This document shows positions 41,601 through 56,800 of a stretch of DNA of 64,000 nt, piece by piece. Source of the stretch: Balanoglossus misakiensis (lineage: Eukaryota; Animalia; Hemichordata). Below the pieces are notes generated by a model. That model did no database searches and had not been told where the DNA came from. It saw only the letters and a list, made by a program, of their open reading frames with translations. Numbering within the stretch: the first letter of the stretch is position 1; each line of letters opens with the position of its first letter. The stretch is from the NCBI GenBank assembly GCA_040954595.2, contig CM082579.2:14794550-14858549 (forward strand), read 5' to 3'. A program made the position numbers and the translations under genes.

Positions 41601-42140
41601 ATCAAAAAATGACAAATTTTGAAAAAAAAACGGGTGAAAATCATCAAAAAATGACACATTTTCGACTTTGTAAAATCACAAAATTTCGTCGATTTTGAAA
41701 AAAATCATAGGTTCGTCGATTTTTTAAAAAAAACATTGGTGAAAATCATCAAAACATGACAAATTTTGAAAAAAAAACGGGTGAAAATCATCAAAAAATG
41801 ACACATTTACGACTTTGCAAAATCTCAAAATTTCGTCGATTTTTGAAAAAAAATCATGGGGGAAAATCATCAAAAAATGAAAATTTTTCGTCTTTGCAAA
41901 ATCTCAAAATTTCGTCCATTTTTGAAAAAAAAAATCATGGGTAAAAATCATCAAAAATGACAAATTTTCGTCTTTGCAAAATCTCAAAATTTCGTCGATT
42001 TTTGAAGAAAATCATGGGTGAAAATCATCAAAAAATAACAAATTTTCGACTTTGCAAAATCTCAAAATTTTTTCGATTTTTGAAAAAAAAACATGGGTAA
42101 AAAGTATCAAAAAATGACAAATTTTCGACTTTGCAAAATC
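38690..42140 (+). repeat. ~1716-bp tandem higher-order duplication
   Basis: ORF pairs 38805/40521, 39348/41064 and 40040/41756 differ by 1716. Private variants ATCTCTAAAT, AAAACTGACAAATGTTCG, ATGAATATTTTT, CAAAACATGAC and AAAAGTATC are each present twice. Confidence 0.9.
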
Positions 42141-44899
42141 TCAAAATTTCGTAGATTTTTGAAAAAAAACATGGGTAAAAATCATCAAAAAATGACAAAT
42201 TTTCGACTTTGCAAAATCTCAAAATTTCGTCAATTTTGAATAAAAATCATGGGTGAAAATCATCAAAAAATGACAAATTTTCGACTTTGCAAAATCTCAA
42301 AATTTCGTCGATTTTTGAAAAAAAACCGGGTGAAAATCATCAAAAAATGACACATTTACGACTTTGCAAAATCTCAAAATTTCGTCGATTTTTGAAAAAA
42401 AATCATGGGTGAAAATCATCAAAAAATGACAAATTTTCGATTTTGCAAAATCTCAAAATTTCGTCGATTTTTGAAAAAAAACGGGTGAAAATCATCAAAA
42501 AATGACACATTTTCGTCGACTTTGCAAAATCTCAAAATTTCGTCGATTTTTGAAAAAAATCATGGGTGAAAATCATCAAAAAATGACAAATTTTCGACTT
42601 TGCAAAATCTCAACATTTCGTCAATTTTTGAAAAAATCGTGGGTGAAAATCATCAAAAAATGACAAATTTTCGACTTTGCAAAATCTCAAAATTTCGTCG
42701 ATTTTTGAAAAAAATCATGGGGGAAAATCATGTAAAAATGACAAATTTTCCTCTCTGCAAAATCTCAAAATTTCGTCGATTTTTGAAAAAAAATCATGGG
42801 TGAAAATCATCAAAAAATGACAAATTTTCGACTTTGCAAAATCTCAAATTTTCGTCGATTTTTGAAAAAAATCATGGTTGAAAATCATCAAAAAATGACA
42901 AAATGTTCGACTTTGTAAAATCACAAAATTTCGTCGATTTTGAAAAAAATCATAGGTTCGTCGATTTTTTAAAAAAAAACATGGGTGAAAATCATCAAAA
43001 AATGACAAATTTTGAAAAAAAACGGGTGAAAATCATCAAAAAATGACCTATTTTCGTCGACTTTGCAAAATCTCAAAATTTCGTCGATTTTTGAAAAAAA
43101 TCATGGGGGGAAAATCATGAAAAAATGACAAATTTTCCTCTTTGCAAAATCTCAAAATTTCGTCGATTTTTAAAAAAAGACATGGGTGAAAATCATCAAA
43201 AAATAACAAATTTTCGACTTTGCAAAATCTCAAAATTTCGTCAATTTTTGAAAAAATCATGGGTGAAAATCATCAAAAAATGACAAATTTTCGTCTTTGC
43301 AAAATCTCAACATTTCGTCCATTTAAAAAAAAAAACGGGGGAAAATCATCAAAAAATGACAAATTTTCGACTTTGCAAAATCTCAAAATTTCGTCGATTT
43401 TTGAAAAAAATCATGGGTGAAAATCATCAAAAAATGACAAATTTTCGACTTCGCAAAATCTCACAATTTCGTCGATTTTGAAAAAAATCATAGGTTCGTC
43501 GATTTTTTAAAAAAAAACATGGGTGAAAATATTCACAAAATGACAAATTTTGAAAAAAAAACGGGTGAAAATCATCAAAAAATGACACATTTACGACTTT
43601 GCAAAATCTCAAAATTTCGTCGATTTTTGAAAAAAAATCATGGGTGAAAATCATCAAAAAATGACAAATTTTCGTCTTTGCAAAATCTCAAAATTTCGTC
43701 CATTTTTGAAAAAAAATCATGGGTGAAAATCATCAAAAAATGACAAATTTTCGTCTTTGCAAAATCTCAAAATTTCGTCCATTTCTGAAAAAAAATTATG
43801 GGTAAAAATCATCAAAAATGACAAATTTTTTTATCTTTGCAAAATCTCAAATTTTCGTCGATTTTTGAAAAAAAATCATGGTTGAAAATCATCAAAAAAT
43901 GACAAATTTTCCTCTTTGCAAAATCTCAAAATTTCGTCGATTTTTTGAAAAATTTTCAACTTTGCAAAATCTCAAAATTTCGTTGATTTTTGAAAAAAAT
44001 CTTGGGGGAAAATCATCAAAAATGACAAATTTACGACTACAAAATCTCAAAATTTCGTCGATTTGTGAAAAAAAATCATGGGTGAAAATCATCAAAAAAT
44101 GACAAATTTTCGACTGCAAAATCTCAAAATTTCGTCGATTTTTGAAATAAATCATTGTTGAAAATTATCAAAAAATGACAAATTTTCCTCTTTGCAAAAT
44201 CTATAAATTTCGTCGATTTTTGAAAAATTTTCAACTTTGCAAAATCTCAAAATTTCGTCGATTTTTGAAAAAAATCATGGGGGAAAATCATCAAAAAATG
44301 ACAAATTTTTGACTGAAAAATCTCAAAAAATGACACATTTACGACTTTGCAAAATCTCAAAATTTCGTCGATTTTTGAAAAAAAATCATGGGTGAAAATC
44401 ATCAAAAAATGACAAATTTTCGATTTTGCAAAATCTCAAAATTTCGTCGATTTTTGAAAAAAAACGGGTGAAAATCATCAAAAAATGACACATTTTCGTC
44501 GACTTTGCAAAATCTCAAAATTTCGTCGATTTTTGAAAAAAAATCATGGGTGAAAATCATCAAAAAATGACAAATTTTCGTCTTTGCAAAATCTCAAAAT
44601 TTCGTCCATTTTTGAAAAAAAATCATGGGTGAAAATCATCAAAAAATGACAAATTTTCGTCTTTGCAAAATCTCAAAATTTCGTCCATTTCTGAAAAAAA
44701 ATTATGGGTAAAAATCATCAAAAATGACAAATTTTTTTATCTTTGCAAAATCTCAAATTTTCGTCGATTTTTGAAAAAAAATCATGGTTGAAAATCATCA
44801 AAAAATGACAAATTTTCCTCTTTGCAAAATCTCAAAATTTCGTCGATTTTTTGAAAAATTTTCAACTTTGCAAAATCTCAAAATTTCGTTGATTTTTGA

Positions 44900-47800
44900 A
44901 AAAAATCTTGGGGGAAAATCATCAAAAATGACAAATTTACGACTACAAAATCTCAAAATTTCGTCGATTTGTGAAAAAAAATCATGGGTGAAAATCATCA
45001 AAAAATGACAAATTTTCGACTGCAAAATCTCAAAATTTCGTCGATTTTTGAAATAAATCATTGTTGAAAATTATCAAAAAATGACAAATTTTCCTCTTTG
45101 CAAAATCTATAAATTTCGTCGATTTTTGAAAAATTTTCAACTTTGCAAAATCTCAAAATTTCGTCGATTTTTGAAAAAAATCATGGGGGAAAATCATCAA
45201 AAAATGACAAATTTTTGACTGAAAAATCTCAAATTTTCGTCGATTTTTTAAAAAAATTGTTGAAAATCATCAAAAAATGACAAATTTTTGACTTTGCAAA
45301 ATCTCAAAATTTCGTCAATTTTGAAAAAAATCATGGGTGAAAATCATCAAAAAATGACAAATTTTCGACTTTGCAAAATCTGAAAATTTCGTCGATTTTT
45401 GAGAAAAATCATGGGTGAAAATCATCAAAAAATGACAAATTTTCGACTTTGCAAAATCTCAAATTTTCGTCGATTTTTGAAAAAAATCATGGGGGAAAAT
45501 GATCAAAAAATGACAAATTTTCGACTGCAAAATCTCAAAATTTCGTCAATTTTGAAAAAAATCATGGGTGAAAATCATGAAAAAATGACAATTTTTTTAC
45601 TGCAAAATCTCAAAATTTCATCGATTTTTGAAAAAAATCATGGGTGAAAATCATCAAAAAATGACAAATTTTCGACTTTGCAAAATCTCAAAATTTCGTC
45701 GATTTTTGAAGAAAATCAAGGGTGAAAATCATCAAAAAATGACAAATTTTCGACTTTGCAAAATCTCAAAATTTCGTCGATTTTTGAAAAAAATAATGGG
45801 GAAAATGATCAAAAAATGACAAATTTTCGACTGCAAAAACTCAAAATTTCGTCAATTTTGAAAAAAATCATGGGTGAAAATCATCAAAAAATGACAAATT
45901 TTCCTCTTTGCAAAATCTCAAAATTTCGTCGAATTTTTGAAAAAAGACGGGTGAAAATCATCTAAAAATGACAAATTTTCGACTTTGCAAAATCTCAAAA
46001 TTTCGTTGATTTTTGAAAAAAATCACGGGGGAAAATCATCAAAAAATGACAAATTTACGACTACAAAATCTCAAAATTTCGTCGATTTGTGAAAAAAAAT
46101 CATGGGTGAAAATCATCAAAAAATGACAAATTTTCGACTTTGCAAAATCTCAAAATTTCGTCGATTTTTGAAAAAATCATGGGTGAAAATCATCAAAAAA
46201 TGACAAATTTTCGACTTTGCAAAATCTGAAAATTTCGTCGATTTTTGAAAAAAATCATGGGGGAAAATGATCAAAAAATGACAAATTTTCGACTGCAAAA
46301 TCTCAAAATTTCGTCAATTTTTGAAAAAATCATGGGTGAAAATCATCAAAAAATGACAAATTTTCGTCTTTGCAAAATCTCAAAATTTCGTCCATTTAAA
46401 AAAAAAAACGGGGGAAAATCATCAAAAAATGACAATTTGCAAAATCTAAAAATTTCGTCGATTTTTGAAAAAAATCATGGGTGAAAATCATCAAAAAATG
46501 ACAAATTTTCGACTTTGCAAAATCTCAAAATTTCGTCAATTTTTGAAAAAATCATGGGTGAAAATCATCAAAAAATGACAAATTTTCGTCTTTGCAAAAT
46601 CTCAAAATTTCGTCGGTTTTTGAAAAATAATATGGGTGAAAATCATCAAAAAATGACAAATTTTTGACTGCAAAATCTCAACATTTCGTCGATTTTTGAA
46701 AAAATCATGGGTGAAAATCATCAAAAAATGACAAATTTTCGACTTTGCAAAATCTCAAAATTTCGTCGGTTTTGAAAAAAATCATGGGTTCGTCGATTTT
46801 TTTAAATAAAAACATGGGTGAAAATCATCAAAAAATGACAAATGTTCGACTTTGCAAAATCTAAAAATTTCGTCGATTTTTGAAAAAAAATCATGGGTGA
46901 AAATCATCAAAAAATGACAAATTTTCGTCTTTGCAAAATCTCAAAATTTCGTCCATTTTTGAAAAAAAAATCATGGGTAAAAATCATCAAAAATGACAAA
47001 TTTTCGTCTTTGCAAAATATCAAATTTTCGTCGATTTTTGAAAAAAAATCATGGTTGAAAATCATCAAAAAATGACAAAATGTTCGACTTTGTAAAATCA
47101 CAAAATTTCGTCGATTTTGAAAAAAATCATAGGTTCGTCGATTTTTTAAAAAAAAACATGGGTGAAAATCATCAAAAAATGACAAATTTTGAAAAAAAAC
47201 GGGTGAAAATCATCAAAAAATGACCTATTTTCGTCGACTTTGCAAAATCTCAAAATTTCGTCGATTTTTGAAAAAAATCATGGGGGAAAATCATGAAAAA
47301 ATGACAAATTTTCCTCTTTGCAAAATCTCAAAATTTCGTCGATTTTTAAAAAAAGACATGGGTGAAAATCATCAAAAAATAACAAATTTTCGACTTTGCA
47401 AAATCTCAAAATTTCGTCAATTTTTGAAAAAATCATGGGTGAAAATCATCAAAAAATGACAAATTTTCGTCTTTGCAAAATCTCAACATTTCGTCCATTT
47501 AAAAAAAAAAACGGGGGAAAATCATCAAAAAATGACAAATTTTCGACTTTGCAAAATCTCAAAATTTCGTCGATTTTTGAAAAAAATCATGGGTGAAAAT
47601 CATCAAAAAATGACAAATTTTCGACTTCGCAAAATCTCACAATTTCGTCGATTTTGAAAAAAATCATAGGTTCGTCGATTTTTTAAAAAAAAACATGGGT
47701 GAAAATATTCACAAAATGACAAATTTTGAAAAAAAAACGGGTGAAAATCATCAAAAAATGACACATTTACGACTTTGCAAAATCTCAAAATTTCGTCGAT

Positions 47801-50800
47801 TTTTGAAAAAAAATCATGGGTGAAAATCATCAAAAAATGAAAAATTTTCGTCTTTGCAAAATCTCAAAATTTCGTCCATTTTTGAAAAAAAATCATGGGT
47901 GAAAATCATCAAAAAATGACAAATTTTCGTCTTTGCAAAATCTCAAAATTTCGTCCATTTCTGAAAAAAATTATGGGTAAAAATCATCAAAAATGACAAT
48001 TTTTTTTATCTTTGCAAAATCTCAAATTTTCGTCGATTTTTGAAAAAAAATCATGGTTGAAAATCATCAAAAAATGACAAATTTTCCTCTTTGCAAAATC
48101 TCAAAATTTCGTCGATTTTTTGAAAAATTTTCAACTTTGCAAAATCTCAAAATTTCGTTGATTTTTGAAAAAAATCATGGGGGAAAATCATCAAAAATGA
48201 CAAATTTACGACTACAAAATCTCAAAATTTCGTCGATTTGTGAAAAAAAATCATGGGTGAAAATCATCAAAAAATGACAAATTTTCGACTGCAAAATCTC
48301 AAAATTTCGTCGATTTTTGAAATAAATCATTGTTGAAAATTATCAAAAAATGACAAATTTTCCTCTTTGCAAAATCTATAAATTTCGTCGATTTTTGAAA
48401 AATTTTCAACTTTGCAAAATCTCAAAATTTCGTCGATTTTTGAAAAAAATCATGGGGGAAAATCATCAAAAAATGACAAATTTTTGACTGAAAAATCTCA
48501 AATTTTCGTCGATTTTTTAAAAAAATTGTTGAAAATCATCAAAAAATGACAAATTTTTGACTTTGCAAAATCTCAAAATTTCGTCAATTTTGAAAAAAAT
48601 CATGGGTGAAAATCATCAAAAAATGACAAATTTTCGACTTTGCAAAATCTGAAAATTTCGTCGATTTTTGAGAAAAATCATGGGTGAAAATCATCAAAAA
48701 ATGACAAATTTTCGACTTTGCAAAATCTGAAAATTTCGTCGATTTTTGAGAAAAATCATGGGTGAAAATCATCAAAAAATGACAAATTTTCGACTTTGCA
48801 AAATCTCAAATTTTCGTCGATTTTTGAAAAAAATCATGGGGGAAAATGATCAAAAAATGACAAATTTTCGACTGCAAAATCTCAAAATTTCGTCAATTTT
48901 GAAAAAAATCATGGGTGAAAATCATGAAAAAATGACAATTTTTTTACTGCAAAATCTCAAAATTTCATCGATTTTTGAAAAAAATCATGGGTGAAAATCA
49001 TCAAAAAATGACAAATTTTCGACTTTGCAAAATCTCAAAATTTCGTCGATTTTTGAAGAAAATCAAGGGTGAAAATCATCAAAAAATGACAAATTTTCGA
49101 CTTTGCAAAATCTCAAAATTTCGTCGATTTTTGAAAAAAAATCATGGTTGAAAATCATCAAAAAATGACAAAATGTTCGACTTTGTAAAATCACAAAATT
49201 TCGTCGATTTTGAAAAAAATCATAGGTTCGTCGATTTTTTAAAAAAAAACATGGGTGAAAATCATCAAAAAATGACAAATTTTGAAAAAAAACGGGTGAA
49301 AATCATCAAAAAATGACCTATTTTCGTCGACTTTGCAAAATCTCAAAATTTCGTCGATTTTTGAAAAAAATCATGGGGGAAAATCATGAAAAAATGACAA
49401 ATTTTCCTCTTTGCAAAATCTCAAAATTTCGTCGATTTTTAAAAAAAGACATGGGTGAAAATCATCAAAAAATAACAAATTTTCGACTTTGCAAAATCTC
49501 AAAATTTCGTCAATTTTTGAAAAAATCATGGGTGAAAATCATCAAAAAATGACAAATTTTCGTCTTTGCAAAATCTCAACATTTCGTCCATTTAAAAAAA
49601 AAAACGGGGGAAAATCATCAAAAAATGACAAATTTTCGACTTTGCAAAATCTCAAAATTTCGTCGATTTTTGAAAAAAATCATGGGTGAAAATCATCAAA
49701 AAATGACAAATTTTCGACTTCGCAAAATCTCACAATTTCGTCGATTTTGAAAAAAATCATAGGTTCGTCGATTTTTTAAAAAAAAACATGGGTGAAAATA
49801 TTCACAAAATGACAAATTTTGAAAAAAAAACGGGTGAAAATCATCAAAAAATGACACATTTACGACTTTGCAAAATCTCAAAATTTCGTCGATTTTTGAA
49901 AAAAAATCATGGGTGAAAATCATCAAAAAATGAAAAATTTTCGTCTTTGCAAAATCTCAAAATTTCGTCCATTTTTGAAAAAAAATCATGGGTGAAAATC
50001 ATCAAAAAATGACAAATTTTCGTCTTTGCAAAATCTCAAAATTTCGTCCATTTCTGAAAAAAAATTATGGGTAAAAATCATCAAAAATGACAATTTTTTT
50101 TATCTTTGCAAAATCTCAAATTTTCGTCGATTTTTGAAAAAAAATCATGGTTGAAAATCATCAAAAAATGACAAATTTTCCTCTTTGCAAAATCTCAAAA
50201 TTTCGTCGATTTTTTGAAAAATTTTCAACTTTGCAAAATCTCAAAATTTCGTTGATTTTTGAAAAAAATCATGGGGGAAAATCATCAAAAATGACAAATT
50301 TACGACTACAAAATCTCAAAATTTCGTCGATTTGTGAAAAAAAATCATGGGTGAAAATCATCAAAAAATGACAAATTTTCGACTGCAAAATCTCAAAATT
50401 TCGTCGATTTTTGAAATAAATCATTGTTGAAAATTATCAAAAAATGACAAATTTTCCTCTTTGCAAAATCTATAAATTTCGTCGATTTTTGAAAAATTTT
50501 CAACTTTGCAAAATCTCAAAATTTCGTCGATTTTTGAAAAAAATCATGGGGGAAAATCATCAAAAAATGACAAATTTTTGACTGAAAAATCTCAAATTTT
50601 CGTCGATTTTTTAAAAAAAATGTTGAAAATCATCAAAAAATGACAAATTTTTGACTTTGCAAAATCTCAAAATTTCGTCAATTTTGAAAAAAATCATGGG
50701 TGAAAATCATCAAAAAATGACAAATTTTCGACTTTGCAAAATCTGAAAATTTCGTCGATTTTTGAGAAAAATCATGGGTGAAAATCATCAAAAAATGACA

Positions 50801-53800
50801 AATTTTCGACTTTGCAAAATCTGAAAATTTCGTCGATTTTTGAGAAAAATCATGGGTGAAAATCATCAAAAAATGACAAATTTTCGACTTTGCAAAATCT
50901 CAAATTTTCGTCGATTTTTGAAAAAAATCATGGGGGAAAATGATCAAAAAATGACAAATTTTCGACTGCAAAATCTCAAAATTTCGTCAATTTTGAAAAA
51001 AATCATGGGTGAAAATCATGAAAAAATGACAATTTTTTTACTGCAAAATCTCAAAATTTCATCGATTTTTGAAAAAAATCATGGGTGAAAATCATCAAAA
51101 AATGACAAATTTTCGACTTTGCAAAATCTCAAAATTTCGTCGATTTTTGAAGAAAATCAAGGGTGAAAATCATCAAAAAATGACAAATTTTCGACTTTGC
51201 AAAATCTCAAAATTTCGTCGATTTTTGAAAAAAATAATGGGGAAAATGATCAAAAAATGACAAATTTTCGACTGCAAAAACTCAAAATTTCGTCAATTTT
51301 GAAAAAAATCATGGGTGAAAATCATCAAAAAATGACAAATTTTCCTCTTTGCAAAATCTCAAAATTTCGTCGATTTTTTGAAAAAAGACGGGTGAAAATC
51401 ATCTAAAAATGACAAATTTTCGACTTTGCAAAATCTCAAAATTTCGTTGATTTTTGAAAAAAATCACGGGGGAAAATCATCAAAAAATGACAAATTTACG
51501 ACTACAAAATCTCAAAATTTCGTCGATTTGTGAAAAAAAATCATGGGTGATAATCATCAAAAAATGGCAAATTTTCGACTTTGCAAAATCTCAAAATTTC
51601 GTCGATTTTTGAAAAAATCATGGGTGAAAATCATCAAAAAATGACAAATTTTCGACTTTGCAAAATCTCAAAATTTCGTCGATTTTTGAAAAAAATAATG
51701 GGGAAAATGATCAAAAAATGACAAATTTTCGACTGCAAAAACTCAAAATTTCGTCAATTTTGAAAAAAATCATGGGTGAAAATCATCAAAAAATGACAAA
51801 TTTTCCTCTTTGCAAAATCTCAAAATTTCGTCGATTTTTTGAAAAAAGACGGGTGAAAATCATCTAAAAATGACAAATTTTCGACTTTGCAAAATCTCAA
51901 AATTTCGTTGATTTTTGAAAAAAATCACGGGGGAAAATCATCAAAAAATGACAAATTTACGACTACAAAATCTCAAAATTTCGTCGATTTGTGAAAAAAA
52001 ATCATGGGTGAAAATCATCAAAAAATGGCAAATTTTCGACTTTGCAAAATCTCAAAATTTCGTCGATTTTTGAAAAAATCATGGGTGAAAATCATCAAAA
52101 AATGACAAATTTTCGACTTTGCAAAATCTGAAAATTTTGTTGAATTTTGAAAAAAATCATGGGGGAAAATGATCAAAAAATGACAAATTTTCGACTGCAA
52201 AATCTCAAAATTTCGTCAATTTTGAAAAAAATCATGGTCGAAAATCATCAAATAATGACAATTTTTTTACTGCAAAATCTCAAAATTTCATCGATTTTTG
52301 AAAAAAATCATGGGTGAAAATCATCAAAAAATGACAAATTTTCGACTTTGCAAAATCTCAAAATTTCGTCGATTTTTGAAAAAAATCATGGGGAAAATGA
52401 TCAAAAAATGACAAATTTTCGACTGCAAAATTTCAAAATTTCGTCAATTTTAAAAAAATCATGGGTGAAAATCAACAAAAAATGACAAATTTTCGACTGC
52501 AAAATCTCAAAAATTCGTCGATTTTTGAAAAAAAACGGGTGAAAATCATCAAAAAATGACAAATTTTCGACTGCAAAGACTCAAAATTTCGTCAATTTTG
52601 AAAAAAATCATGGGTGAAAATCATCAAAAAATGACAAATTTTCCTCTTTGCAAAATCTATAAATTTCGTCGATTTTTGAAAAATTTTCAACTTTGCAAAA
52701 TCTCAAAATTTCGTCGATTTTTGAAAAAAAATCATGGGGGAAAATCATCAAAAAATGACAAATTTTCGACTGCAAAATCTCAAAATTTCGTCGATTTTTG
52801 AAATAAATCATTGTTGAAAATTATCAAAAAATGACAAATTTTCCTCTTTGCAAAATCTCAAAATTTCGTCGATTTTTTGAAAAAAGACGGATGAAAATCA
52901 TCTAAAAATGACAAATTTTCGACTTTGCAAAATCTCAAAATTTCGTTGATTTTTGAAAAAAATCATGGGGGAAAATCATCAAAAAATGACAAATTTACGA
53001 CTACAAAATCTCAAAATTTCGTCGATTTGTGAAAAAAAATCATTGGTGAAAATCATCAAAAAATGACAAATTTTCGACTTTGCAAAATCTCAAAATTTTG
53101 CCAATTTTGAAAAAATCATGGGTGAAAATCATCAAAAAATGACAAATTTTTTACTGCAAAATCTCAAATTTTCGTCGATTTTTTAAAAAAATTGTTGAAA
53201 ATCATCAAAAAATGACAAATTTTCCTCTTTGCAAAATCTCAAAATTTCGTCGATTTTTGAAAAAAGACATTGGTGAAAATCATCAAAAAATGACAAATTT
53301 TCGACTGCAAAAACTCAAAATTTCGTCAATTTTGAAAAAAATCATGGGTGAAAATCATCAAAAAATGACAAATTTTTTACTGCAAAATCTCAAATTTTCG
53401 TCGATTTTTTAAAAAAATTGTTGAAAATCATCAAAAAATGACAAATTTTTGACTGCAAAATCTCAAAATTTCGTCGATTTTTGAAAAAAAATCATTGTTG
53501 AAAATCATCAAAAAATGACAAATTTTCCTCTTTGCAAAATCTCAAAATTTCGTCGATTTTTGAAAAAAGACATTGGTGAAAATCATCAAAAAATGACAAA
53601 TTTTCGACTGCAAAAACTCAAAATTTCGTCAATTTTGAAAAAAATCATGGGTGAAAATCTTCAAAAAATGACAAATTTTCCTCTTTGCAAAATCTATAAA
53701 TTTCGTCGATTTTTGAAAAATTTTCAACTTAGCAAAATCTCAAAATTTCGTCGATTTTAGAAAAAAATCATGGGGGAAAATCATCAAAAAATGACAAATT

Positions 53801-56800
53801 TTCGACTGCAAAATCTCAAAATTTCGTCGATTTTTGAAATAAATCATTGTTGAAAATTATCAAAAAATGACAAATTTTCCTCTTTGCAAAATCTCAAAAT
53901 TTCGTCGATTTTTTGAAAAAAGACGGGTGAAAATAATCTAAAAATGACAAATTTTCGACTTTGCAAAATCTCAAAATTTCGTTGATTTTTGAAAAAAATC
54001 ATGGGTGAAAATCATCAAAAAATGACAAATTTACGACTACAAAATCTCAAAATTTCGTCGATTTGTGAGAAAAATCATGGGTGAAAATCATCAAAAAATG
54101 ACAAATTTTCGACTTTGCAAAATCTCAAATTTTCGTCGATTTTTGAAAAAAATCTTGGGGGAAAATCATCAAAAATGACAAATTTACGACTACAAAATCT
54201 CAAAATTTCGTCGATTTGTGAAAAAAAATCATGGGTGAAAATCATCAAAAAATGACAAATTTTCGACTGCAAAATCTCAAAATTTCGTCGATTTTTGAAA
54301 TAAATCATTGTTGAAAATTATCAAAAAATGACAAATTTTCCTCTTTGCAAAATCTATAAATTTCGTCGATTTTTGAAAAATTTTCAACTTTGCAAAATCT
54401 CAAAATTTCGTCGATTTTTGAAAAAAATCATGGGGGAAAATCATCAAAAAATGACAAATTTTTGACTGAAAAATCTCAAATTTTCGTCGATTTTTTAAAA
54501 AAATTGTTGAAAATCATCAAAAAATGACAAATTTTTGACTTTGCAAAATCTCAAAATTTCGTCAATTTTGAAAAAAATCATGGGTGAAAATCATCAAAAA
54601 ATGACAAATTTTCGACTTTGCAAAATCTGAAAATTTCGTCGATTTTTGAGAAAAATCATGGGTGAAAATCATCAAAAAATGACAAATTTTCGACTTTGCA
54701 AAATCTCAAATTTTCGTCGATTTTTGAAAAAAATCATGGGGGAAAATGATCAAAAAATGACAAATTTTCGACTGCAAAATCTCAAAATTTCGTCAATTTT
54801 GAAAAAAATCATGGGTGAAAATCATGAAAAAATGACAATTTTTTTACTGCAAAATCTCAAAATTTCATCGATTTTTGAAAAAAATCATGGGTGAAAATCA
54901 TCAAAAAATGACAAATTTTCGACTTTGCAAAATCTCAAAATTTCGTCGATTTTTGAAGAAAATCAAGGGTGAAAATCATCAAAAAATGACAAATTTTCGA
55001 CTTTGCAAAATCTCAAAATTTCGTCGATTTTTGAAAAAAATAATGGGGAAAATGATCAAAAAATGACAAATTTTCGACTGCAAAAACTCAAAATTTCGTC
55101 AATTTTGAAAAAAATCATGGGTGAAAATCATCAAAAAATGACAAATTTTCCTCTTTGCAAAATCTCAAAATTTCGTCGAATTTTTGAAAAAAGACGGGTG
55201 AAAATCATCTAAAAATGACAAATTTTCGACTTTGCAAAATCTCAAAATTTCGTTGATTTTTGAAAAAAATCACGGGGGAAAATCATCAAAAAATGACAAA
55301 TTTACGACTACAAAATCTCAAAATTTCGTCGATTTGTGAAAAAAAATCATGGGTGAAAATCATCAAAAAATGACAAATTTTCGACTTTGCAAAATCTCAA
55401 AATTTCGTCGATTTTTGAAAAAATCATGGGTGAAAATCATCAAAAAATGACAAATTTTCGACTTTGCAAAATCTGAAAATTTCGTCGATTTTTGAAAAAA
55501 ATCATGGGGGAAAATGATCAAAAAATGACAAATTTTCGACTGCAAAATCTCAAAATTTCGTCAATTTTTGAAAAAATCATGGGTGAAAATCATCAAAAAA
55601 TGACAAATTTTCGTCTTTGCAAAATCTCAAAATTTCGTCCATTTAAAAAAAAAAACGGGGGAAAATCATCAAAAAATGACAATTTGCAAAATCTAAAAAT
55701 TTCGTCGATTTTTGAAAAAAATCATGGGTGAAAATCATCAAAAAATGACAAATTTTCGACTTTGCAAAATCTCAAAATTTCGTCAATTTTTGAAAAAATC
55801 ATGGGTGAAAATCATCAAAAAATGACAAATTTTCGTCTTTGCAAAATCTCAAAATTTCGTCGGTTTTTGAAAAATAATATGGGTGAAAATCATCAAAAAA
55901 TGACAAATTTTTGACTGCAAAATCTCAACATTTCGTCGATTTTTGAAAAAATCATGGGTGAAAATCATCAAAAAATGACAAATTTTCGACTTTGCAAAAT
56001 CTCAAAATTTCGTCGGTTTTGAAAAAAATCATGGGTTCGTCGATTTTTTTAAATAAAAACATGGGTGAAAATCATCAAAAAATGACAAATGTTCGACTTT
56101 GCAAAATCTAAAAATTTCGTCGATTTTTGAAAAAAAATCATGGGTGAAAATCATCAAAAAATGACAAATTTTCGTCTTTGCAAAATCTCAAAATTTCGTC
56201 CATTTTTGAAAAAAAAATCATGGGTAAAAATCATCAAAAATGACAAATTTTCGTCTTTGCAAAATATCAAATTTTCGTCGATTTTTGAAAAAAAATCATG
56301 GTTGAAAATCATCAAAAAATGACAAAATGTTCGACTTTGTAAAATCACAAAATTTCGTCGATTTTGAAAAAAATCATAGGTTCGTCGATTTTTAAAAAAA
56401 AAACATGGGTGAAAATCATCAAAAAATGACAAATTTTGAAAAAAAACGGGTGAAAATCATCAAAAAATGACCTATTTTCGTCGACTTTGCAAAATCTCAA
56501 AATTTCGTCGATTTTTGAAAAAAATCATGGGGGAAAATCATGAAAAAATGACAAATTTTCCTCTTTGCAAAATCTCAAAATTTCGTCGATTTTTAAAAAA
56601 AGACATGGGTGAAAATCATCAAAAAATAACAAATTTTCGACTTTGCAAAATCTCAAAATTTCGTCAATTTTTGAAAAAATCATGGGTGAAAATCATCAAA
56701 AAATGACAAATTTTCGTCTTTGCAAAATCTCAACATTTCGTCCATTTAAAAAAAAAAACGGGGGAAAATCATCAAAAAATGACAAATTTTCGACTTTGCA

